A DNA stretch of 55,018 nt from a virus. Its lineage: Duplodnaviria; Caudoviricetes. Positions 47,212 to 55,018 of this stretch are shown here, piece after piece (positions within the stretch are counted from its first letter, which is position 1; the number at the start of each line of letters is the position of its first letter). Made by a program: the position numbers and the translations under genes. Under the pieces are notes generated by a model. The model was not told the origin of the DNA. It was given only the letters and a program-made list of their open reading frames with translations, and ran no database searches. The stretch covers positions 1-55,018 of IMG/VR virus record IMGVR_UViG_3300048586_000930, one strand, 5' to 3'.

Positions 47212-47564
47212 TGGCACGGTTGCCGGATTGGCCTGCCCGGCTGGCAGCTCTGCTGGCCGCGGTGGAGACGCGTCCCTTCGATGCCCATCGCTGGAACTGC
47301 GGGCGCTTCTCGCTGGCGGCAATCCATGCGACGACCGGTGCGCGACTTCGTCCCAGAATTCTGACCTCGTTGGAGGCGACTGCCGACGGCGCCGGCTTCC
47401 CGCGCGTCCCGCCGCCCTTCGCGCGGGCCGGTGATGTCGTCCTGGCCGGCGATCCGCCGCGCCTCGGCGTCGTGGTCGATGGCGGGCGCGCCGCCTTTGT
47501 CGGCCCCCGCGGCCTAGTCCGCGCCCCGCTCACCGCCTGCACCGCTGCCTGGCGCATCGACTGA
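47211..47564 (+). CDS. DUF6950-like (NlpC/P60-related) tail assembly protein
   Basis: MARLPDWPARL...WNCGRF...ARAGDVV...AWR. Confidence 0.68.
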   Translation: MARLPDWPARLAALLAAVETRPFDAHRWNCGRFSLAAIHATTGARLRPRILTSLEATADGAGFPRVPPPFARAGDVVLAGDPPRLGVVVDGGRAAFVGPRGLVRAPLTACTAAWRID

Positions 47565-47585
47565 TATTGGGGAGGACCGCGACCC

Positions 47586-49592
47586 GTGCCTGCCGCTGTC
47601 CCCCTTATCGCCGTCGCCGCCGCCGGTATCGCCTCTGCCGCGGTCGGTGGCGGCATCATCGGTGCCGTGGTCGGCGCCGGTGCCGCCTTCATCGTCTCCG
47701 CCATCGGCCAGTCGGTCTTTCCGCAGAAGCAGAAAAAGCAGGCCAGCCTCAGCCCGCAGGCCGCGGCGATCGCCGGCTTCGACGCCGGCCAGCCCGGCGC
47801 CGGCCGCACCCAGGCCTTCCGCCAGCCGGTCACCGAACACCAGATCGTCCTCGGCCGCTGCAAGGTCTCGGGGCCAATCGTCTTCCTGCACTCGGCGACC
47901 GATGATGAGGGGCGCGCGGACGGCTACTTCTATTCCGTCGTCGTGCTCGCCGCGCACCATGTCCGCGCCATCGGCGAGGTGTTTTTGGGCGACAAGGTCG
48001 AGAGCGACGGCTCGCTCGCCGGGCTGGTGCGCGTCGACCGCCATCTCGGCGAGCCCGACCAGGCCGCCGACGCCAACCTGATCGCCGAGACCGGCGGCCA
48101 GTGGACCAGCGCACATCGCGGCCGTGGCCGTGCCTATGTCGCCGTCCGGCTCAAGCTCACCGCCGAGGCCTTCCCGGCCGGCCCACCCAACATCGCCGCC
48201 ATCGTCGAGGGCGCCGACACCATCCTCGATCCACGCACCGGCATGGTGGGCTGGTCGGACAACCCGGCCCTCCTGCTCGCCTGGTACCTCACCGCGCCCT
48301 TCGGCTGGCGGGCGTCCTGGGCCGACATCGACATCCCCGCGCTGATGGCTGCGGCCAACATCTGCGACGAGCTGGTCGGCACAAGGGCCGGGGTCTACGA
48401 GCGCCGCTACACCGCCAACGGCGTGCTGTCCCTCGCCGAGGGCAAGATCGCCATCACCCGGAAGCTCGCCGCCGCCATGGCCGGCGCGCTGGTGGTCTCC
48501 GGTGGGCGGTTCTTCATCCATGCCGGCGCGCCTGCGCTGCCGGCCGCGACGCTCACCTCGGACGACCTCCGCGGCGACGTCACCATCCAGGGGGCGCGGC
48601 CGCGGCGGGATCTCTTCAACGGGGTGCGGGCGGTCTATGTCGAGCCCGCGGCCAACTGGCAGCCCACCGATGCACCGCCGCTACTGGCGAGCAACTACGT
48701 CGCCCAGGATGGTGGCGAGATGATCTACCGCGACCTCGAATTCCCGCTGACCACCTCCGTCAGCACCGTGCAGCGGCTGATGAAGGTCGAACTCGAGCGC
48801 AACCGCCGTCAGCGCACCGTGGCCTTCCCCGCCAACCTCTCGGCGCTGCGCCTGCGGCCCTGGGAGGCGGCGACGGTGGCGCTCGACCGCCTGACACCCT
48901 TTCCGGCGCGGGTGACGGCCTGGTCGCTCGCCGCCGAGGCCGGTGTGGATCTCACCCTGGAGGAGGAGGACGCCGCGGTGTGGGACTGGAACCCGGCGGT
49001 CGATGAGCGCGCCACCGGATCGAACCCCGCCGTGGTGCTGCCGAATCCCGGCGTCATCGTAGCGCCCGCCAGCATCACGGTGGAGACGCCGCAGACCACC
49101 GCCTTTGCCCTGCTGTCTCTATCTTGGGCGGCGGTCGGCTCCTCACACCTTGCCGGCTACCAGGTCGAGTTCCTGCCGGCCTCGGTGGCGGCCTGGCAGG
49201 GCTACGGCGGATCCCTGGGTGCCACCGCGGCCGTCCTCCCCACCGCCGAACCCACCGGCTTCCGGGTGCGCGCGGTGGCGCGCAGCGGCGCGGTGTCGGG
49301 CTGGCGGCAAGCGCTGGTGCCAGCCGCGGTGGCGGCACCGACGGCGACGGGGATTGCCGGCGGCATCCGCCTCTCCGGCGGCTTCCCGACCGATGCGATG
49401 CGGCTGCAGCTGTTCGAGGCGGCGACCAGCAGTCTCGCCGCCGCCGTGAAGCTCGCGGACGAGCCGACCAGCCTCTTCTGGGATCGCACCGGCCTGACCG
49501 CCGGCGACACCCGCTGGTACTGGCTGCGCGCCGTCTCGGCCGAGGGCAACGTCTCGGCCTTGGTCGGGCCGGTGACAGCGACTGCGCTGTAG
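47586..49592 (+). CDS. Tail tip / central fibre protein (gpJ-like)
   Basis: 668 aa with WSDNPAL, AANICDE and NWQPTDAP, plus FN3-like C-terminal repeats. Confidence 0.85.
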   Translation: MPAAVPLIAVAAAGIASAAVGGGIIGAVVGAGAAFIVSAIGQSVFPQKQKKQASLSPQAAAIAGFDAGQPGAGRTQAFRQPVTEHQIVLGRCKVSGPIVFLHSATDDEGRADGYFYSVVVLAAHHVRAIGEVFLGDKVESDGSLAGLVRVDRHLGEPDQAADANLIAETGGQWTSAHRGRGRAYVAVRLKLTAEAFPAGPPNIAAIVEGADTILDPRTGMVGWSDNPALLLAWYLTAPFGWRASWADIDIPALMAAANICDELVGTRAGVYERRYTANGVLSLAEGKIAITRKLAAAMAGALVVSGGRFFIHAGAPALPAATLTSDDLRGDVTIQGARPRRDLFNGVRAVYVEPAANWQPTDAPPLLASNYVAQDGGEMIYRDLEFPLTTSVSTVQRLMKVELERNRRQRTVAFPANLSALRLRPWEAATVALDRLTPFPARVTAWSLAAEAGVDLTLEEEDAAVWDWNPAVDERATGSNPAVVLPNPGVIVAPASITVETPQTTAFALLSLSWAAVGSSHLAGYQVEFLPASVAAWQGYGGSLGATAAVLPTAEPTGFRVRAVARSGAVSGWRQALVPAAVAAPTATGIAGGIRLSGGFPTDAMRLQLFEAATSSLAAAVKLADEPTSLFWDRTGLTAGDTRWYWLRAVSAEGNVSALVGPVTATAL

Positions 49593-49603
49593 GGAAACCC
49601 ACC

Positions 49604-51430
49604 ATGCCTGCCCGCATCGATGACCTGCTGGTGCTCGACACCGCGGTCAGCAAGACCGATCTCGCCAAGTACCTGCGCGACCGCGAGACGGTGCTGCCCT
49701 CCGACTTCGGCGGCCTCGGCGATGGCGTTGCCGACGACCGCGTCGCCATCCAGGCGGCCTTCGACCGCGCGGCGGCGGACCAGAAGTTCGCGGTCATCCC
49801 GCCCGGCACCTGGAACGTCTCCGCCGGGGTGGTCCTCGGCGGTGGTGCCCGCGGCCTGATCATGCACGGCATCATCCGCTACACGGGCTCGGCCGCGGCC
49901 ACCGTGCTGACCCTCGGCGACGGCGGCACGGTCCGCAATGGCGAGAAGCACTATGCCGGGCTGCAGGTCATCCGGCAGACCCAATCCGACTGGCTCGACG
50001 AGGCCGACATCGGCATCCTGGTGCGCAACATCGACGCCTCGGTGGTCGAGCTACGCCTGGTGTCGGGATTCACCATCGGCATGCGGACGCTGGGTGACGG
50101 CCGCGGCGTCGAGGACAGCACCTTCCACCTCGGGCGCATCCTCAACAACCGCATCGGCCTCGATATCCACTGCGCCACGGCGACCGCCTGGAACACCTCG
50201 GTGCGCTACTATGGCGGGCACTTCGCCATCGCGACGGGGATCAACCCCACCATCGATCGCTTCGGGATCCGGCTGTCCAAGGCGGACGGCGCCTATTCCA
50301 ACCACAACCGGCACGTCTTCGATGCGCCGAATTTCGAGCTGCGCCAGCTCGATCCCAACGTCGCCATCCCCTTCCTCAACGAGACCAGCGGCTCGGCGAT
50401 CATCGGCCGGGCGCTGCGCATGGAGGCCTGCTCGCCGATCGTCGCCCGGCACACCGCCGCGGCGCAGGACTGCGAGTACGAGGTCGCTTGGAGCAACACC
50501 TACCAGGTCGGCATCGACTACGCCGCCACCGCCACCCGTTGCGGCAATACGGTTCTTAACCGCCACCGGGCGCCGGCATCGCGGCATCTGCGGCTGCTCG
50601 GGTCCGTGCCGAATGTCCGGGCCGAGGCCTTCCGGCACAGTGCCACCGAGATCGGCGTCGAGGGGCTGGCGGTGGTCGCCACCTCCACCACCAGCGCCAC
50701 GACGCTGGCCGGGCTATCCTTCAACGGGCTCGACGACATCACGCCGACCGCCCGTGGGCTGCTGCTCGCCGCGCAGCGGGGGCTCGCCTATGTGGTGGAG
50801 TGCAGCCAGGCGAAGGAGTTCGCGCTGGTGCATTCCCTCGTCGGCGGTGCGGATGGCGGGCGGATCTTCGTACGCTGCTTCGATGCGGCGATGAATGTCC
50901 GTGAGAACATCGCCGGCGACGCGCTGGCCTCGATCACCACGCTGCTGTGGAACGTGCCATCCAAGGCCTGGACTGGGGGTGCGGCCATGGCCGACGCCTC
51001 GCTGAACAAGCGCATGACGGTGCGGCTCGGACCCGGCGTCGCCTTCGCGCAGATCGGCATCGTCGGCTTCGACGGACAGATCGAGGTGGAGGCGCTGCGG
51101 CTCTACGGCCTGCCCGAGGCCGCGCCCGCGATGCTCTGCGGCACGCCGGCCTTGCCGATCGGGCAGCGGGAGTTCGCGGCAGAGGTGGCGTGGGATCTGC
51201 CGTCACTGGCACCTGGGGCGACCAGCCTGCTCGACGTCACCGTCACCGGCGCGCGGCAGGGGGATCCCGCCCATGCGGCGCTGGCATCGTCGACGCGCTT
51301 CATCGAGATGGATGCCGCAGCGTGGTCCAACAACACCGTGCGTGTCATGGCCAGGAACGTCTCGCCCGCAACCTTCGACCTGGGCGCGGCGACGCTGTCC
51401 GTTGCCGCACGAAAGCGGAGAGTACCGTGA
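49604..51430 (+). CDS. Receptor-binding tailspike, beta-helix (pectate-lyase-3-like)
   Basis: DFGGLGDGVADDRVAIQAAFD...IPPGTW, 608 aa, last tail gene. Confidence 0.78.
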   Translation: MPARIDDLLVLDTAVSKTDLAKYLRDRETVLPSDFGGLGDGVADDRVAIQAAFDRAAADQKFAVIPPGTWNVSAGVVLGGGARGLIMHGIIRYTGSAAATVLTLGDGGTVRNGEKHYAGLQVIRQTQSDWLDEADIGILVRNIDASVVELRLVSGFTIGMRTLGDGRGVEDSTFHLGRILNNRIGLDIHCATATAWNTSVRYYGGHFAIATGINPTIDRFGIRLSKADGAYSNHNRHVFDAPNFELRQLDPNVAIPFLNETSGSAIIGRALRMEACSPIVARHTAAAQDCEYEVAWSNTYQVGIDYAATATRCGNTVLNRHRAPASRHLRLLGSVPNVRAEAFRHSATEIGVEGLAVVATSTTSATTLAGLSFNGLDDITPTARGLLLAAQRGLAYVVECSQAKEFALVHSLVGGADGGRIFVRCFDAAMNVRENIAGDALASITTLLWNVPSKAWTGGAAMADASLNKRMTVRLGPGVAFAQIGIVGFDGQIEVEALRLYGLPEAAPAMLCGTPALPIGQREFAAEVAWDLPSLAPGATSLLDVTVTGARQGDPAHAALASSTRFIEMDAAAWSNNTVRVMARNVSPATFDLGAATLSVAARKRRVP

Positions 51431-51454
51431 CCGATCAGAGCGCATCGTCGGAGA

Positions 51455-51688
51455 TCATGTGCGGCGTCGCGAGCAGCCCCCACGACCGTGCCGCTTGCGT
51501 TGCGACTTGATGGCGGGCGCGACGTCCGCCCAAGACATGCCCCTCTGTCGAACATAGTGCCTGGCGAGCGCCAACACCCTTGCGCGCCCATCGTCACCAA
51601 GTGCCTCCATCAGCCGGATGAACTCCTCCCGCTCATCAGGGCCGATCGAGCCGCGAGGAAACCGGGGATCGTCTTCTATGCCAGGCAT
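51455..51688 (-). CDS. Small hypothetical protein
   Basis: MPGIEDDPRFPRG..., 77 aa, AGGAG RBS. Confidence 0.5.
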   Translation of the reverse strand: MPGIEDDPRFPRGSIGPDEREEFIRLMEALGDDGRARVLALARHYVRQRGMSWADVAPAIKSQRKRHGRGGCSRRRT

Positions 51689-51982
51689 CGCTGTCGTCTC
51701 CTGCGTCAACGCCAATGGAGATGATCCAATGGAACGGGGCATCAGCGCGGTGATGGCCCAAGGCGCGCTCGGCAGAAGGCGTGCCCGGCGCTGTCGCTGT
51801 GCCGGGCACGCTTCCACTGTTCGGCCGGTCCCATGGCGGCCGGCCTGGTGGGCACAAGCGGGTTCGCCGCCATTCCCACCACCGCCCTCGATCCGCCCCA
51901 CCGTGCGGCGTCTCCGGCGGTCCCCGCGCTTTCGGGTCCGGGTCCCCATCTCAGTAGCCGGCCCCACCCGGCCGCACAGGAG

Positions 51983-52882
51983 CTACGCCACAGCCGTTTG
52001 GCCATCCACCAGTTTGCGAAACTCGGTCAGCATCTCCGGCTGGTGCTGCTGGAGCCAACGCTCGACCCGAACATTTGCGACGAGCTTGGTCAGATAGGTC
52101 CGCGCGAGCACCATCCGCAGATGGTCCGGGCCGTAGGATTGCTCGGCAACCTTGATCTCCCGGTCGAGCCGAGCCGTCTCGCGCTCCATCAGAACCACCT
52201 GCTCACGGGTCAGGGCCTTCGGCGCCTTCGGCTTGCCGTCCTGCACCAGTTGGTCATCCGGCGTCGCGACCAGCAGCGCCTGGACGTAGCCCTTCGAGTA
52301 GCGGTTCATGCCCACCATCATCTCAGCGGCTTCCATCTGTCGCAGCGGCATCATGCGCCGCAGGATGGAGAACACGCTAAGCGAAATCGGCTTGTCCTTC
52401 AGGATCTCGACGGCCTCCGGACAGATGCCTTGAAGGGCCCGCTTCTTCTGGCGAAGCGTGCTGATGTCGATGTTGAGTGCACGGGCCAAGCGTTCTTCGG
52501 GAACGTTCCGGTCGACCGCCTGCAAGATCATGCGGTGCTCCTGCACCGCGGCGAGGCGGCTGATGCGCTTGTTGTAGGTGAACGCCTCGTCGTCAGTCGC
52601 GACGAGGCAGAGGACATCGACAGCGCCCCGATCGCGGAGGATCTCGACCCGGAGATGCCCATCCAGCAGTAGGTAGGCGTCCGGCTCCGACGGATGGCGC
52701 ACCACGATCGGCGGCTCGATCAGGCCCACCTCGGCCACGGAGGCCGCGATCTGCGCATATTTGGCTGATCGCCGAATCTTGCCGGAGACCGGGCGCAGTG
52801 GGCGGATCCGCTCCAGAGGGACCTGGATGCTGCTGGCCTCGAACGCACTCTTGATACGCGGCGGCTTGTGCTCGGCGACCAT
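51983..52882 (-). CDS. ParB-N / RepB-C-terminal-domain protein 2
   Basis: SVAEVGLIEPPIV...YLLLDGHLR...AFTYNKRISRL. Confidence 0.85.
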   Translation of the reverse strand: MVAEHKPPRIKSAFEASSIQVPLERIRPLRPVSGKIRRSAKYAQIAASVAEVGLIEPPIVVRHPSEPDAYLLLDGHLRVEILRDRGAVDVLCLVATDDEAFTYNKRISRLAAVQEHRMILQAVDRNVPEERLARALNIDISTLRQKKRALQGICPEAVEILKDKPISLSVFSILRRMMPLRQMEAAEMMVGMNRYSKGYVQALLVATPDDQLVQDGKPKAPKALTREQVVLMERETARLDREIKVAEQSYGPDHLRMVLARTYLTKLVANVRVERWLQQHQPEMLTEFRKLVDGQTAVA

Positions 52883-52883
52883 C

Positions 52884-53774
52884 TCACGCCTCCCCCGGCG
52901 CGGGCCCAACGCGTTCGGCCAGCTTCGCCGGCATCGTATAGAGGCCCTCGGCACGCAGCAGATTCACGAAGCCCTCATCGGCTCGAAGGGCCCGCAGCGC
53001 CTCCACTACGAACAACAGCATGCCCCGGGTGTTCGTCGCATCGCGCACGATCATGCGCTTCTTATCCACATCCTGCCGATAGGTCCGCAGCAGGGAGTCC
53101 ACCGAGAGCGGTCGCAGCCGACGACGCTCGTTGGCCTTGACCCGCGGTCCCTGGCTCCTGCGTACCTCGATAAGGCGCTTCGCCGACATCAGGTTGTGGC
53201 CGCGCAGCAGCTTCTTCTCATAGGCCTCATGCAGCACGCGCTGGACATTCGCGTCCTCTGCTTCCGCGATCTCAACGGCGACGCTGACCGGCATCTGTCC
53301 TGCCTCCACCGCCCTCAGAAGGCGCGTTTCGCCACCCGTGAGGAGCCGAAGAACACCACGGACGTACTCCAGCGATAGCCCGGTCTTGCGGGCGATCTCG
53401 GGATCCGAATGGCCGCGCTGCCGCATGCCGTCGATATCGTGCAGCAGGTCGATAGCCTGGTGCTGACGCCGGGCCACATTCTCGACTAGGCTCATCACGA
53501 GGCAGTCCTCGCTCTCGGCGTCCACCACCACGGCCGGGATTTCCACCTGGCCGAGTTCCCGGAAGGCCTCCAGGCGTCCCTGCCCACAGATGAGGTCGTA
53601 CCGGAGGCCCTGCGGACCTTGCCGCATAGCGACGGTGATGGGTCGCTTCAGGCCGACAGCAGCAATGCTGTCGAGCATCTCCCGGAACACCTTGCGGTTC
53701 CGCACACGCGGATTGATCACGTCGATTAGCGCGATCGGGACGGATTGCACCTTCGCAGCGGCAGGGACAGGCAT
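52884..53774 (-). CDS. ParB-N / RepB-C-terminal-domain protein 1
   Basis: SIAAVGLKRPITV...LICGQGRLEA...SLVENVARR and HTH IARKTGLS. Confidence 0.85.
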   Translation of the reverse strand: MPVPAAAKVQSVPIALIDVINPRVRNRKVFREMLDSIAAVGLKRPITVAMRQGPQGLRYDLICGQGRLEAFRELGQVEIPAVVVDAESEDCLVMSLVENVARRQHQAIDLLHDIDGMRQRGHSDPEIARKTGLSLEYVRGVLRLLTGGETRLLRAVEAGQMPVSVAVEIAEAEDANVQRVLHEAYEKKLLRGHNLMSAKRLIEVRRSQGPRVKANERRRLRPLSVDSLLRTYRQDVDKKRMIVRDATNTRGMLLFVVEALRALRADEGFVNLLRAEGLYTMPAKLAERVGPAPGEA

Positions 53775-55018
53775 CAGGCAGCCTCCATGATGCTGACGCG
53801 CCGCGCCAGGTCGGCGAGAGCGTCCAGGGTGTCGAAGCGGAAGGCCTCGAGCAAAAGGTCGTTCGTCTCTCCGATGCGCAGCCGATCCAGCGTCGCATCG
53901 CGGCGAGGCAGGAGGTAGTAGTCGCGAATGCTCGCATTGCCGGGTGCCATGCGGACCGCGACCGTGATGTCCGGTGCGAGGCCCGTATCGAGGCGGATAT
54001 GCCATCGCACCGTCCCCGAAGGCGCCTCCTGGCAGCGCGCGAGAACGATGGACACCGTGAACTCGCCATTCACGGTCAGAAGGTCGGTGGCCGGATCCTG
54101 TTCGACGGCTCCTCCGACATCCCGGATCCCCGCCATGGCCTGAGCGACGATCTCCGGATGGAGCCTTCGCAAGGCACGGTTGACCTCGACATACCGATAA
54201 TCACGGTCGGGCGAGAAGCCGACGAGCTGGTATGCACGTAGGAGGCTCCCGAAACGGGACCGGTAGGCCGAACTGGAAGGGGCTCCGTCCACTTCGTCGA
54301 TGACAAGGCCCGACAGGTAGCCGCGATTTGCGAGGATGGTCCGCAGGACCTCTAGCATCTCCTCATCCGTGAGGCGTCTCGATCGTTCCCGGATGATGAT
54401 CTGCGCCGCCTCGAACAGCATCCGGTCGACGAGAGGTTCGAAGGCGCCGTCTCGTCGGATCCACATGTCGGGGCGGTTCCGCACCCGCGCGCCCTGGAGC
54501 TTGCACGAGATGCGGTTCCAGACGTTGTCGCCGACATACTTCTCGTTGATGAGAATCTGATGGACGGTACCGCGCGTCCAAGGCCGCCCCAGATCCGTGC
54601 TGATGCCCTGGGCGTTCAGCAAGGCGGCGATCTCGTTCTCGCTGCGTCCCTCCTCGACGAAGCTGCGGTAGATCCAGCGGACCGCATCCACCTCCTCGGG
54701 AGGTCCCGGCACAAGGATCACCCGGTCCGTCTGCAGGCTCTTGTGCTCACCACGGGCCAGCGACGCCTTGCGGTTCCCGGCACCATCCAGGAGATGGCGG
54801 CGCAATCCGAACCCCGCAGGGCCGCCTTGGCGGAAGCCGAGTTCGATCAGCCGGCCCTGTCCGGCAAAGACACGGACCGAGAGCAGGCGGCTGCCCTCAC
54901 CGGCGAGGGCGCGCTTGACGCCTTTGACGATCGTGGCGACCGGGCTGCCATCATTCTCGAAGCCGTCGACGCAGTACTCGACCTGGATCCCGGCCTTGCG
55001 GCACTGGTACTCGTAGAA
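53774..55018 (-). CDS. Large serine recombinase (5' end beyond the window)
   Basis: Frame is open to the window edge (FYEYQCRKAGIQVEYC...GFRQGGPAGFGLRR). Recombinase domain IAALLN...WTRGTVHQILINEKYVG. Confidence 0.88.
   Translation of the reverse strand, partial: FYEYQCRKAGIQVEYCVDGFENDGSPVATIVKGVKRALAGEGSRLLSVRVFAGQGRLIELGFRQGGPAGFGLRRHLLDGAGNRKASLARGEHKSLQTDRVILVPGPPEEVDAVRWIYRSFVEEGRSENEIAALLNAQGISTDLGRPWTRGTVHQILINEKYVGDNVWNRISCKLQGARVRNRPDMWIRRDGAFEPLVDRMLFEAAQIIIRERSRRLTDEEMLEVLRTILANRGYLSGLVIDEVDGAPSSSAYRSRFGSLLRAYQLVGFSPDRDYRYVEVNRALRRLHPEIVAQAMAGIRDVGGAVEQDPATDLLTVNGEFTVSIVLARCQEAPSGTVRWHIRLDTGLAPDITVAVRMAPGNASIRDYYLLPRRDATLDRLRIGETNDLLLEAFRFDTLDALADLARRVSIMEAA

Larger units (their letters stand above)
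4356..51430. mobile_element. Lambda-like (cos-type, non-contractile tail) prophage, probably defective. Boundaries approximate.
   Basis: Contiguous integration, immunity, replication, packaging, head, lysis and tail modules. att sites not found. Confidence 0.9.

Noticed and set aside
49604-51982. Diversity-generating retroelement or invertible tail-fibre cassette
   Set aside because: No reverse transcriptase, template/variable repeat pair or inverted fibre segments seen.
4250-51982. attL/attR direct repeats, tRNA or rRNA genes
   Set aside because: None recognised by eye. Serine-integrase cores are too short to call without an empty-site genome.

Overview
High-GC window that looks alphaproteobacterial, judged from two GTTC-N7-GTTC SOS boxes and the gene families. 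Most of it (about 4.36-51.4 kb) is a lambda-like siphovirus prophage. In order it carries a serine-integrase/DUF2924 module, an ImmA-XRE immunity module, a sigma-like gene, Sak4/SSB/exonuclease/helicase/prim-pol replication genes, HU, a cos-like site, two ParB-methyltransferases, terminase, portal, a protease-capsid fusion, lysis genes and tail genes. The prophage appears doubly inactivated: the integrase has an in-frame TAA at 5159-5161, and an IS66 element with an 8-bp target duplication splits the tail tube gene. Intact accessory genes include a TIR-NTPase-TPR candidate defence protein, an ExoIII-like nuclease and an unknown reverse-strand gene. To the left is a CapW/BrxR-like WYL regulator coupled to a type I hsdR. 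To the right is a serine recombinase plus two ParB/RepB-like genes, cut by the window edge. The most notable signals read directly from the DNA are: (1) a LexA box, an operator array and a shared ECF-like promoter motif that together suggest an induction cascade; (2) a terminase small-subunit DNA-binding-domain paralogue inside the replication operon; (3) a cosQ/cosN/cosB-like site. All product calls come from motif and family recognition without database searches. att sites were not identified.
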